From assembly GCA_963749915.1 (NCBI GenBank), contig CAVVOP010000020.1, positions 64,001 to 128,000 on the forward strand: a stretch of DNA of 64,000 nucleotides. The letters are read 5' to 3'. Positions 41,409-56,800 of the stretch are shown in pieces (position 1 is the first letter of the stretch; each line of letters starts with the position of its first letter). The translations under genes and the position numbers were made by a program. The notes beneath the pieces were generated by a model. That model did no database searches, was not told the DNA's origin, and worked only from the letters and a program-made list of their open reading frames with translations. This DNA comes from an uncultured cyanobacterium (GTDB lineage: Bacteria > Cyanobacteriota > Cyanobacteriia > Cyanobacteriales > Cyanobacteriaceae).

Positions 41409-41619
41409 AGTAGATGTGCGGTTGAGGTCAACACCTCAGTCTAACGCACCAAGAACCTCGACAATTCAATAGTTTGAAAGCCATTTTCAAATAAAACACC
41501 CTTGTGAAAGAACTTTAAAGAAAATCTTAAAATTAAGTTTTAACTCAATTTTAATTGTAGAAGAGCAAGTAAAACTACTTCAAAAGTCAGACAGAACCAA
41601 AAAAAGGTGAAGAAAGACT

Positions 41620-43105
<1,486 letters not shown>

Positions 43106-43175
43106 AAGGGAGATTTCCGAAAAGGAAATCCACAAGAGTGGAAAAAGGCTTTCAAACTATGAAAAGGGGTTTGAT

Positions 43176-43249
<74 letters not shown>

Positions 43250-43304
43250 CTAAAAACCCAGAACCCAGAACCGGAAACCACAAAGGGAAGAGGAAACCGA
43301 AAAA

Positions 43305-43380
43305 GGGGGTATAGCTCAGTTGGTAGAGCGCCTGCTTTGCAAGCAGGATGTCAGCGGTTCGAGTCCGCTTACCTCCACCA
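43305..43380 (+). tRNA. trnA: tRNA-Ala(TGC)
   Basis: GGGGGTA/TACCTCC acceptor stem with G3:U70, TTTGCAA loop, encoded CCA. Confidence 0.98.
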
Positions 43381-43484
43381 GAAGAACAAATTAGCACCAA
43401 AAAAATGGCTGCTGAACCGTTGTTCAGTAAGAACCTTGAAAACTGCATAGAAAAAAAGAGGTAAAGCTGTAGAAATTACAGACA

Positions 43485-46267
<2,783 letters not shown>

Positions 46268-46325
46268 CATCTTTAAACCTCAAAAAATCTATGCAGTCTT
46301 GAAGGTGATTTAACTTTCAAAGTCT

Positions 46326-46444
46326 TAGCTGGTGTGTATAGCATTGTGGAACCACTACGATCCATCTCGAACTCGTGGGTGAAACGCAATCGCGGCGACG
46401 ATACTCCTGGGGGGACCCGGTGGGACAATAGTTCCATGCCAGCT
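46326..46444 (+). rRNA. rrf: 5S rRNA
   Basis: GCTGGTG..CATGCCAGC helix I, CCATCTCGAAC, GTGAAAC. Confidence 0.97.
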
Positions 46445-46471
46445 TCAATACTCCCATCAAAAATCTTCCCC

Positions 46472-46502
46472 AACACTCTGGTTAACTCTGGGGTGTTTTT
46501 TT
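46472..46502 (+). terminator. Rho-independent terminator of rrn
   Basis: AACACTC..GGGTGTT stem followed by a T run. Confidence 0.75.
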
Positions 46503-46591
46503 GTAACCACAAAAAATAAAAAATTCGTTTATAATTAGGTAACAAATTGCAACAAAACTTAATATAAACTTTACCTAAATATTTTCAAGTT

Positions 46592-48118
46592 ATGAATCCC
46601 AATCAAAGCTCAAATCAACAAACGGCGGAATTGGAGAAAAATCAAACTGAAGCAGATCAAAAAATCAGATTATCGAAATGGTTACTGTCATTATTGATCT
46701 TGGGCAGTGGTTGGGGTGTTTGGCAGTTTTTTAGCCCATCCCCTATGGCTTCTCAAGCGGAAATTAGTCAGACTTTACCTCCTGCTAAACCTGTTATTAC
46801 TACTACTTTAACTACAGGAGAAGCCAATCGTAAAGTTAAGTTATTAGGGCAGGTAGAGGCAGGGGAAAAATCGACTCTTAGCAGTCAAATTGATGGTACA
46901 GTTAAACAAATTTTAGTTAAAGAAGGCGATCGCATTTCCAAGGAGATGGTGGTAGCAATTTTGGATGATGCCGATGTAAAACTCGCCCTGGCAGAGGCTA
47001 AAGCGAAATTAGCCCAAGAACAAAGTAATTTACAAAGATTAGAACTGGGAACTCGTTCAGAAATTATTACCCAAAGACAAGCCCAACTACAATCTGCCCA
47101 AGCGAGGGAAACTGAAGCCCAAGCTAATCTTGATAGTTTAATAACTTTACAACCTGATATAATCGCCCAAAGAAAAGCGGAATTAGAATCAGCTAAAACG
47201 AGGGCAAAGGAGGCAGAAGATAACTTAGCGAGAATTAAGACTTTAAGTGATGAGGGAGCAATTTCCGAAAGGGCATTAGTAGAAGCACAATCTTCTTTAG
47301 ATACTGCCTTTAGTCAGGTTTTGAGAGCAGAATCAGCTTTAAAGGCTCAAGAAACTCAAAGTCGTCAAGAAATTAGTGAAGCCAGAACTACTTTAGAGAA
47401 TATTCGCCATCAGAGTTTACAGATCAAAGCCAGTTTAGCAGAAGCCGAAGCAGGTTTTACCGTTGAAGAAATTGAGGCTCAAAAAAGCTTAGTCAACCTT
47501 GCCCAAGCTAATGTAAAAAAGGCCGAATTAGCCTTGCAACGGACAAAAATTAAAGCTCCTTTTTCGGGCATCATTCAAAGTAGAAACGTTGATACAGGTG
47601 ATTATGTAGAAATTAGTGATTCTATTGTAACTTTAGTTAACGATCGTCGTTTAGATATATTCTTAGAAATCCCTGAAAATTTAACCGGACAAGTTTCACA
47701 GGGCATGACAGTTAACTTATCTGCCCGTGCTTTACCCGATTGGCAACGAAAAACTGTAATTACAGCGGTTATTCCCTCTGCTGATAGTACCTCTCGTCGT
47801 CAGTTAGTCAGAGTTACTTTAGATAACCCCCCCCCTGAATTATTATCTGGGATGGCAATTCAAGCTAATTTAGAAATTCCCGTAGCGATCAATGATGGTT
47901 TTGTTGTGCCCAGAGATGCTTTGACTAGACGGGGGGATAAATGGTTATTATTTGCAGTGGAAAATAATCAAGCCAAACAGCTAGAAATACAAATGCTCGG
48001 TGATTTGGGGGAAGAGGTAATTATCAGTAATGCTCAATTACAACCAGGAAAAGTGATCGTACTTACTGGTGGCGATGGCTTAAGGGACAATTCTGCGGTT
48101 AAAGTGGTTTCACATTAG
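46592..48118 (+). CDS. RND efflux periplasmic adaptor (MFP) with long helical hairpin
   Basis: N-terminal TM, VKEGDRI, extended coiled coil, IKAPFSG, VPRDAL. Confidence 0.93.
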   Translation: MNPNQSSNQQTAELEKNQTEADQKIRLSKWLLSLLILGSGWGVWQFFSPSPMASQAEISQTLPPAKPVITTTLTTGEANRKVKLLGQVEAGEKSTLSSQIDGTVKQILVKEGDRISKEMVVAILDDADVKLALAEAKAKLAQEQSNLQRLELGTRSEIITQRQAQLQSAQARETEAQANLDSLITLQPDIIAQRKAELESAKTRAKEAEDNLARIKTLSDEGAISERALVEAQSSLDTAFSQVLRAESALKAQETQSRQEISEARTTLENIRHQSLQIKASLAEAEAGFTVEEIEAQKSLVNLAQANVKKAELALQRTKIKAPFSGIIQSRNVDTGDYVEISDSIVTLVNDRRLDIFLEIPENLTGQVSQGMTVNLSARALPDWQRKTVITAVIPSADSTSRRQLVRVTLDNPPPELLSGMAIQANLEIPVAINDGFVVPRDALTRRGDKWLLFAVENNQAKQLEIQMLGDLGEEVIISNAQLQPGKVIVLTGGDGLRDNSAVKVVSH

Positions 48119-48147
48119 CTTTCTTTCACAACTAAAACTAAATTGAT

Positions 48148-51100
48148 ATGAATTTCATTAAAATACTAGTTCGTTGGCGACATGGTACGGGCGTTTTATT
48201 TTGCTTATTAGCCTTATTCGGGATATTGGCATTATTTCAATTGCCGCTGGAATTACAACCTGGGGGAGATCTCCCTGAGATAAGTATTCGTACTCCTTAC
48301 CTAGGTGCAAGTCCGGCAGAAGTAGAAGATTTAGTAACTCGTCCCATTGAAGAAAGACTAGAAGAAGTCCCCGGTGTGCAGGAAATCACCAGTAGCAGTG
48401 GTTCAGGTGTCAGTCGTATCGATGTCAAATTTGACTGGGGTAGTGACGTCGATCGCAGTTTAGTAGATGTTTTAAATAAGTTACAACAAGTGGAAGCCTT
48501 ACCTCTAGAAGCAGATGAGTCTGAGGTGGAAGTCGTCAGCGGTAATAGTAGCCCGATGATGTGGATTGTACTAACTCCCAAAGAAGGTTTCACTCCTGAT
48601 GAGTATCATTATCGAGATTTAGTAGATGATGTAATTGTGCCTCGTTTACGTCAAGTGCAAGGTATAGGTGAGTTTATCATTTCAGGAGGTAGGGAAAGAG
48701 AAGTTGAAGTGATTGTTGATCCCAAAGCCCTTGCCGATCGCAATTTAACCATTGCCGATGTGATACGCACCTTAAGGAATAATAATCGAGATATTCGCGG
48801 TGGTCCTTTAGTACTAGGTAGAAGAGAATATCGAGTTCGGACTCTTAGCCGTATTAACGATGTTAAACAACTAGAAGAATTTGTCTTACGGAGAGATGAA
48901 TCAGGTACAGTCTATTTAGCAGATGTGGCACAAGCAAAAATTGGTAGAGCCATTCAAGATAGAGCTTTATTGAGAAATAATGAGCCGGCTGTGGGTATTG
49001 GTATTATTCGGCAAGTAGGGGGTAATGTACCCCAAATTTCCCAGGGAATCAAGCAACAGTTAGCTTATTTAGAGAAAAGATTTGATCAAGAAGGGGAAGG
49101 AATTATCTTTGATCTTACCTACGATGAAAACGATTACATCAACCAATCTATTTCTTTTGTCCAGGGTAATTTAATTATCGGAGCGATTTTAGCCGCCTTA
49201 ATTTTATTGTTATTTTTAGGTTCAATTCGCACCGTAGCGGTAATTGCGATTTCCATTCCTACTACTATCATTACTGTTTTTCTGGTGTTTTATTTCCTTG
49301 ATAGAACTTTAAATGTTATTAGTTTAGCCGGTTTAGCTTTTGCAGTAGGCATGGTGGTTGATAATGCCATCGTTGTCTTAGAAAATGTCTTTAGTCATCT
49401 GCAAAAAGGTAAAACCCCTGTCAAAGCGGCGATCGATGGTACTCAAGAGGTAGCAGGGGCAATGTTAGCCTCCACCTTAACCACCGTAGCAGTATTTGCC
49501 CCCATTGTTTTAGTTACAGGAGAAGCAGGGCAGTTATTTTTCGATATTGGTATTGCTTTATCAGCCTCGGTATTATTTTCCTTATTTGCCGCTATTACCC
49601 TGGTGCCGATGTTAGCAGGTTTATTCCTGACTCGTAATGAAGCCGAGCAAATGTTAACACAAGGGGAATATCGAGGAGAAAATTGGTTAAAAAGCAGTAT
49701 TAGTAAAACTTCAAGAATTTTTCGGGATTTACAGAATAGATTAGAAACATTTCTGCTCAAAACCGTCCGTTGGTCTTTAGGTAAAGGTAAACTAAAAAGA
49801 AGGTTAATTGTGTTAGCATCCCCTTTACTATTACTCTTAATCAGTATTCAATTTTTGCCCCCTGCGGATTATCTACCTGAAGGCAATCGCAACTTAATCC
49901 TATGGTTAGCTGAACCCCATCCAGGTACGAGTATCCCCGAAGCCATTAAACTATCAGAAGAGGCAAGAAATTTTGCAGCACAACAACCAGAAGTTATGCG
50001 CACTTTGTATGTACATCGCCCCGGTAGGAGAATTATTGCGGTATTTGTTAAACCTGAATTAGCTACGGGTAATAATCTTGATAGTTTAGTGGAAAGATTA
50101 CGCACTAAGAGCAATGATTACCCTGGTTACCGCTTCCTTATACCCATTAGAGTTTCTATTTTCCGAGACCCGGGTAAAGAATTTGAAGTACAAATTATTG
50201 GGGAAAATTTGGAGGAATTGAATAAAATTCAGCAGGAATTATCTCAAAAAATTCGGGGTTTACAAGGAGTCGTAAATGTAAGATCAGATTTTGTCACAGG
50301 GGCACCTGAATTACAGGTTATTCCTAATCGTGAGCGTTTAGCAGAAGCTCAAGTTTCTGAGTCAGAAATTGGTGAAATAGTTCAGGCAGCATTGGGAGGA
50401 GTTAGAGCTTCAGAGTTTGTTGACGGCAACCGAGAGTTAAATGTAACGGTAGAATTAAAAGATACTTTTGTTTCTTCTCCTGAACAATTGCGACAATTAG
50501 CGATTTATAATGGGCAAGGACAAGGATTACAGTTAACTGATGTTGCGGAAGTTGTCGAAACCACTGGGGCAGATAGTATTAATCATGTAAACTTAGAGCG
50601 TTCCGTAACTTTAACGGTCAGTGTGGAAAGGGAAGCACCTCTGGGGGCGTTAATTAATCAAACTGAACAATCCATTCTTAAACCTTTACAAGCAACTCTA
50701 CCCCTAGGGGTACGTTTAGAGTTAGCGGGTTCGGCGGATGTGTTAGCGGAAACATTGTTTCAATTAGGCTCAACTTTTTTACTGTCTTTGGTAATCACTT
50801 ATTTGTTATTAGTAGCCTTATATCGGTCATTTAGCTATCCTTTAATTATTATGGCAACAGTGCCAATTGGCATTTCTGGGGCATTATTCTGTCTTGTCTT
50901 GGCTAATCTAATCCCCGATGTAGTTGTACCGTTGGATATGATTACAGGGTTAGGTTTCGTCATTTTAACGGGTATCGTGGTAAATAATGCAATTTTGTTA
51001 GTCGATCGAGCTTTACAATTGCAAGATGAGGGAATGGAATATGACTCCTCTTTGTACTACGCGGTTAGCGATCGCCTTCGTCCAATTTTCATGTCAGCAG

Positions 51101-51345
51101 GTACGAGTGTTTTGGGTATGTTGCCTTTGGCGATAATTCCCGGTAAAGGTGCAGAATTGTATCAGGGTTTGGGGATTGTTTTAACAGGAGGTTTACTGCT
51201 TTCTACCTTCTTAACCCCAACGGTTATTCCTGCTTTGATGGGGTTGTTACAGGACTTTTCGGATAGAAGTAGAAAGGCTAAAAACCAGATTAGCCAGAAA
51301 AATGAGCCAGAAAAAGAGCAATTAAAAATAGGAGAAAAATTTTAA
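48148..51345 (+). CDS. RND efflux permease (AcrB/AcrD/AcrF family)
   Basis: GMVVDNAIVVLEN, GIVVNNAIL, RLRPIFM. Confidence 0.95.
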   Translation: MNFIKILVRWRHGTGVLFCLLALFGILALFQLPLELQPGGDLPEISIRTPYLGASPAEVEDLVTRPIEERLEEVPGVQEITSSSGSGVSRIDVKFDWGSDVDRSLVDVLNKLQQVEALPLEADESEVEVVSGNSSPMMWIVLTPKEGFTPDEYHYRDLVDDVIVPRLRQVQGIGEFIISGGREREVEVIVDPKALADRNLTIADVIRTLRNNNRDIRGGPLVLGRREYRVRTLSRINDVKQLEEFVLRRDESGTVYLADVAQAKIGRAIQDRALLRNNEPAVGIGIIRQVGGNVPQISQGIKQQLAYLEKRFDQEGEGIIFDLTYDENDYINQSISFVQGNLIIGAILAALILLLFLGSIRTVAVIAISIPTTIITVFLVFYFLDRTLNVISLAGLAFAVGMVVDNAIVVLENVFSHLQKGKTPVKAAIDGTQEVAGAMLASTLTTVAVFAPIVLVTGEAGQLFFDIGIALSASVLFSLFAAITLVPMLAGLFLTRNEAEQMLTQGEYRGENWLKSSISKTSRIFRDLQNRLETFLLKTVRWSLGKGKLKRRLIVLASPLLLLLISIQFLPPADYLPEGNRNLILWLAEPHPGTSIPEAIKLSEEARNFAAQQPEVMRTLYVHRPGRRIIAVFVKPELATGNNLDSLVERLRTKSNDYPGYRFLIPIRVSIFRDPGKEFEVQIIGENLEELNKIQQELSQKIRGLQGVVNVRSDFVTGAPELQVIPNRERLAEAQVSESEIGEIVQAALGGVRASEFVDGNRELNVTVELKDTFVSSPEQLRQLAIYNGQGQGLQLTDVAEVVETTGADSINHVNLERSVTLTVSVEREAPLGALINQTEQSILKPLQATLPLGVRLELAGSADVLAETLFQLGSTFLLSLVITYLLLVALYRSFSYPLIIMATVPIGISGALFCLVLANLIPDVVVPLDMITGLGFVILTGIVVNNAILLVDRALQLQDEGMEYDSSLYYAVSDRLRPIFMSAGTSVLGMLPLAIIPGKGAELYQGLGIVLTGGLLLSTFLTPTVIPALMGLLQDFSDRSRKAKNQISQKNEPEKEQLKIGEKF

Positions 51346-51368
51346 TCTTAATTGAAAAACAAATTTCA

Positions 51369-52946
51369 TTGGCAATGCTTATGACGACAAATACAGAAAT
51401 AGTAATTATCGGTAGTGGTTTAGGCGGTTTATGTTGCGGAGCAATGTTAGCCCATTATGGTTATGATGTGATTATCTGTGAAAGTCATGGGATCCCAGGT
51501 GGGGCGGCACACGGTTTCGAGTATAAAGGGTTTAAATTTGATTCAGGTCCTTCTCTTTACTCTGGCTTATCCTATTCTCCATCTACTAATCCTTTACGTC
51601 AATTGCTGGACATTATCGAAGAAGATACGCAATGGAAAACTTACCCTAGTTGGGGTGTCTGGTTGCCCGAAGGTTATTTTGATATGGCAGTGGGTGCCGA
51701 TGCTTTTTATCAATTATTACAAGAATTACGGGGGCAAGATGTAGCCAATCAGTGGCGAAAATTGCAAGAGTATATGAAACCATTAAGTAAAGCATCAATA
51801 GCAATTCCCCCTGTTGCATTCCGTTATGATTTGGGGGCGATTTTTACTCTATTCCCCTACGCTATTTCTATGTTACCTTATGTTTTTTCCGCAGGAAAGT
51901 TAACGGGTAGTTTTGGCAAAATTATGAATGGAGTTGTGAGTGATAAATTTATTCGTAATTGGTTAGATTTACTTTGTTTTATGTTATCTGGTTTACCTGC
52001 TAATGGCACATCGGCGGCAGAAATGGCCTTTATGTTTGCAGAATGGTACCGCCCCAATGTTGTCTTAGATTATCCTGTAGGGGGTAGTGAAGCGATAATT
52101 AATGCTTTAGTGAGAGCATTGGCAAAAAAAGGCGGAAAATTGCTGTTATCTAGTCATATTGAGCAAATTTTAGTTAATAATAATCAGGCAGTGGGGGTTA
52201 AATTAAGCAACGGGAAGGAAATTAAGGCCAGTAAAGCAGTGATTTCTAATGCTTCAATTTGGGATACCGTGAAAATTATTCCTGATGGGGTTTTATCAAA
52301 AGATTATCAGCAAAATGTCAAAAATACCCCGATGAATAACAGTTTTATGCACTTACATTTAGGCATTGACGGCACAGGAATTGATCCTAATTTGCCTTGT
52401 CATCATCTAGTGGTTAACGATTGGGAAAAGGGTGTCACCTCAGAACAAAATGTTGTCGCAATCTCTATTCCTTCTCTCATAGATTCTACTTTAGCACCGG
52501 AAGGAAAACACGCTATTCATGTTTATACACCTGCGACTGAACCTTATGAAATTTGGGCTGGTTTAGATAGAAAAAGTGAAGCCTATAAATTACAAAAAGA
52601 AAGGCGATCGCAAGTTATGTGGGAAGCATTGGAAAGATTTATCCCTGATATTCGCCAAAGATGTGAGGTAACTTTAGTTGGTACACCTTTAACCCATGAG
52701 CGATTTTTAAGACGTTATCAAGGTACTTATGGTGGGGCATGGAATGCAGATGAAGGTTTATTTCCTTCTTCTCAAACTCCTGTCAAGAATTTATATTGTT
52801 GTGGAGATTCAACTTTTCCTGGTATTGGTGTACCTGCTGTTGCCGCAAATGGAATGATTACTGCTAATACTTTAGCAAGGGTTGATCAGCATTTAGGGGT
52901 GTTAAATAAAGTGAACTATTCTCCCTCCCCCCAATCTGTTTCTTGA
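51369..52946 (+). CDS. Phytoene desaturase / carotenoid isomerase-like FAD oxidoreductase
   Basis: IIGSGLGG, FDSGPSL, GTPLTHERFL, GDSTFPGIGVPA; start probably the ATG at 51375 or 51381. Confidence 0.85.
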   Translation: MAMLMTTNTEIVIIGSGLGGLCCGAMLAHYGYDVIICESHGIPGGAAHGFEYKGFKFDSGPSLYSGLSYSPSTNPLRQLLDIIEEDTQWKTYPSWGVWLPEGYFDMAVGADAFYQLLQELRGQDVANQWRKLQEYMKPLSKASIAIPPVAFRYDLGAIFTLFPYAISMLPYVFSAGKLTGSFGKIMNGVVSDKFIRNWLDLLCFMLSGLPANGTSAAEMAFMFAEWYRPNVVLDYPVGGSEAIINALVRALAKKGGKLLLSSHIEQILVNNNQAVGVKLSNGKEIKASKAVISNASIWDTVKIIPDGVLSKDYQQNVKNTPMNNSFMHLHLGIDGTGIDPNLPCHHLVVNDWEKGVTSEQNVVAISIPSLIDSTLAPEGKHAIHVYTPATEPYEIWAGLDRKSEAYKLQKERRSQVMWEALERFIPDIRQRCEVTLVGTPLTHERFLRRYQGTYGGAWNADEGLFPSSQTPVKNLYCCGDSTFPGIGVPAVAANGMITANTLARVDQHLGVLNKVNYSPSPQSVS

Positions 52947-52999
52947 AAGTAAGTAGTATTATTTTTAATTATATTAACTAAGATTATGTAACTAAGATT

Positions 53000-53677
53000 A
53001 TGTATTTATTAATTCCAGCGGCAGGAATGGGTAAACGAATGGGAAGCAATCATAATAAATTACTCCTACAATTAAAAGGAAAACCCTTGTTGGCATGGAC
53101 ATTAATGGCGGCTAGTGAGTCAAAAACCATAGAATGGATTGGCGTTATGGGACAACCCTATGATTTTCCTGTATTTGAAGAAATTATCGTCCAAGTTAAC
53201 CCCTGCAAACCTGTGAAATTAATTCAAGGGGGAGAGACGAGACAACAATCAGTGTACAATGGTTTACAAGCATTGCCAAGAAAGGCAGAAAAAGTTTTAA
53301 TCCATGATGGGGCGAGGTGCTTGGCTACCCCACAATTATTCGATCGCTGTGGGGAAAGTTTGTTACGCTGTCAAGGATTAATCGCTGCTATACCCGTTAA
53401 AGATACTATTAAAATCGTTAACTCGGATCTCGTAGTGACAGATACCCCCCCAAGGGAAAATTTGTGGGCAGCGCAGACTCCCCAAGGTTTTGATGTAAAA
53501 TTATTAAAGGAATGTCATGAAAAAGGACTTAATTTAGGTTGGGAAGTGACAGATGATGCGGCACTACTTGAAAAATGCGGTTTTCCTGTGCAAATAGTCA
53601 ACGGAGAAGAAACGAATCTGAAAGTAACTACCCCCATCGATTTAACGATCGCCAAATTTATTTTACAACAAAGATAA
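53000..53677 (+). CDS. ispD: 2-C-methyl-D-erythritol 4-phosphate cytidylyltransferase
   Basis: PAAGMGKRMG, HDGAR, AQTPQ, TDDA, NLKVTTP. Confidence 0.97.
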   Translation: MYLLIPAAGMGKRMGSNHNKLLLQLKGKPLLAWTLMAASESKTIEWIGVMGQPYDFPVFEEIIVQVNPCKPVKLIQGGETRQQSVYNGLQALPRKAEKVLIHDGARCLATPQLFDRCGESLLRCQGLIAAIPVKDTIKIVNSDLVVTDTPPRENLWAAQTPQGFDVKLLKECHEKGLNLGWEVTDDAALLEKCGFPVQIVNGEETNLKVTTPIDLTIAKFILQQR

Positions 53678-53885
53678 TAATCAGAGTTCCCATTATAGGG
53701 GTAAATGGCTTATTTAATTGTTTAGTCTGGGACAAAAATCGCTATGATTAAGTTATACTTGAGAAAATTAGTGATGCTTTACCCAATCGAAGTCACAATC
53801 TAATTAGAGTTTTTTTAGTCTTAAAAATATTTAATCTCGGTTTAATTTTCAATCCCATCCTTTAGAATCGAAACTTCTTGAGAGA

Positions 53886-56800
53886 ATGTCTATGATTAAC
53901 AGTGAACAAGCCAGCAAAAACCAAAAACTATACAAACAGACTCTGCTACATCTGGGCGAAATGTTAAAGATTTTGAAACAAGGAGATAGTAATCGTAATC
54001 GGGAAAATCTTAAATCCCATTGTGACTATTTATTGAGTCAAGGGAAAAAACAAAATCTTTTTGGTTGGGTGGAGGTCATGGAAACGGCAAAAGTGGCCAT
54101 CATCACAACCGAAAATAATTATGAGTCCACTACTAAACTGATAATTAAGGAAATTAAAAAAGCAGGAGAATATTTAGTCAAAAATGAGATTGATTCTATT
54201 GGCGTTACTGATGAATTAAGGCACTTAGTCCTATCGCCATCAAGGACAGTATCAATGGATGTGGAAACCATTCACGTTGATTTGAAAGAAGAAATACCAA
54301 AAGAAGTAATAGATAATCAGAAAAGTACCGTTGAAAGAGATTTATGGGAAGAAACACAACTAGACTTTAATCCCCCCATTCCTGAAAACTCTGAAGAGGA
54401 CCCATTAAATGATTGGGAGTTTCCCCCAGATGAAAATGAACATATGCCATCAGATGGTGATAATACCTCTCAGGATTTATCAGATTTATTTGATGACAGT
54501 GAATTATTAGAATCCATGGAACATGACGACAAAGCTGGGGTTATGGAAAAAAACATAGAGATGGATGATTTGGATAATTTATTTGATGATGTAGCTAGAA
54601 GTCAAGTAATCATAGATGATCCTCGAGAAGAATTAAAAAAGATCTCAGCAAATCTTGATGATTTAGAAATAGAAGAGGATTTCGCTAGTATGGGTACTTT
54701 TAATACTTTCCAAATTTTACGGCCTGCAAAATCAAAACTAATTCCAATGGTGTTTTATGATGAGTTTGAACAACTAAATACCTTAATACAGAGCCCTTTT
54801 TCTTCTCAGGAAGAAGATTCGTTTTTGGATTTAGAATCTATGATTAATAATCATGAGATGAAGTACTATGAGGATAACAGCGACTTAGAAAGATTAATAA
54901 ATTATTCTCAGAAACATTCGGAAAAAGTTGATTGGCAACACTTATTTGATATCATTGAAGATATACCAGAAGCCCCATTTGCTCAAAGTAAAATTAAGAC
55001 TTTTGTTCCTCAAAATCAGCCTTATATCGATTCAGAATTAAGTGATTTAGATCAATTGTTAGCAGAGGCGGGAAATGTTAAAAGAAAACCACAAAAGTGG
55101 TCTCCTCCGGCCAACAAAACTCTTAATAATAATCAGGCTAAAACTTTTGAGCAGAGTATGAGAGTTCCGGTCAAACAACTGAATAACCTTAACAACCTTG
55201 TAGGAGAAATGGTTGTTCGTCGTAATCGCCTGGAGGAAGATCAGGATAAATTGAGACAATTTTTAGACAATCTCCTTTCCCATGTCCAAAATTTGAGTGA
55301 TGTGGGTGCGAGAATGCAAGATATGTATGAAAAAAGTCTCATGGAAGGTGCTTTGATCGACGGCCGTAAAAAAAATGAGGCGATGGTAAAAGCGCAGTTT
55401 TTGAGGGCTGAAGTTAGATCCGAAGCCACCTATCTTGGCGATGGCAATAAGAAAACTAATCCTGATAGCAAACAACTTCAAATACCAGAATTGGATGAAT
55501 TAGAACTCGATCGCTTTACCGGGTTTCACCTACTTTCTCAGGAAATTATTGAGTTAATCGTCAGGGTAAGAGAGTCAACCTCTGATATTCAATTCCTTGT
55601 GGATGAGACAGATCAGTTAGGTAGAAATTTGCGACAAGTAACAACACAGCTACAGGAAGAGATCAACAAGTCTCGCATGGTATCCTTTGCTCAAAATGCC
55701 GATCGCTTACCCTTACCTATCCGTAAAATTGCACGGGGATACGAGAAACAAGTAGAACTAAAAATAGAGGGACGAGAAGTCTTAATTGATAAAATGATCC
55801 TCGAACATTTATGGGATCCTCTCTTACAAATTACGAAAAACTGTATAACTCATGGTATTGAATTGCCTCACGAAAGAGAGGAAATCGGGAAGCCACCTAC
55901 GGGTACAATTACCGTGAGAGCTTTTTTGCAAGGACCTCAAACTGTCATATCTATATCCGATGATGGTGCCGGAATCGATGTTCAAAAAATCAAGAAAAAA
56001 GTCATTCAAAGTAAGCTCATTACTCCCGATCAAGTTAAAAACTTAAAGGATCAAGATATTTACGACTTTTTATTCAACGCTGGTTTTACCACTAAGGAAA
56101 AAGCTGATAGTCATGCGGGAAGGGGAGTTGGTTTAGATATTGTCCGCACTAAGCTAAACGAAATTAGAGGTAATGTAACAGTTGATTCTACTCTCGGACA
56201 GGGAACAACTTTTACGATTCGTTTACCTTTAACCCTGAGTATTGGTAAAGCCTTATGTTGTATCAATCATAATGCCCGTATCGCTTTTCCCATCGATGGA
56301 ATAGAAGACGCAAAAGACTATTCCGCCAGTGAAATCAAAATTAACTCCCAAGGGCAAAAATGTATTCTGTGGAAAAATACTTTATTACCCTTCCGTCCTC
56401 TCACCACCTTGATGAATTATAATCGTCAAGTAACTCGCGGTATTATGTACACCAATAATCAAAACGAGGAAACTATCCCCATTGTGATTTTACGGGGGGG
56501 TAGTAATTTATTAGCCATCCAAGTAGATAAGGTGTTAGGACAAGAAGAAATCGTTATTAAACAAATTTCTGGTCCTTTCCCGAAGCCTAAAGGCATTGCC
56601 GGGGCGACAGTTCGCAGTGATGGTATTGTCATGGCCATCGGTGACGTCATTGAACTTATTGAGATTGCTCAAGGTAACTTAAGTACCAAAGTTGATGTGG
56701 ATATGCCCCAACAGTTCCACAGTGATCTGACTATTTATGACCCCGTTAAAACTCAACCTTTAGTCTTGATTGTTGACGACTCCATTACCGTAAGGGAAAT

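Noticed and set aside
46536..46553. HLR1-like repeat before the first RND operon
   Set aside because: Mismatches in both halves in AT-rich DNA and no supporting regulon knowledge
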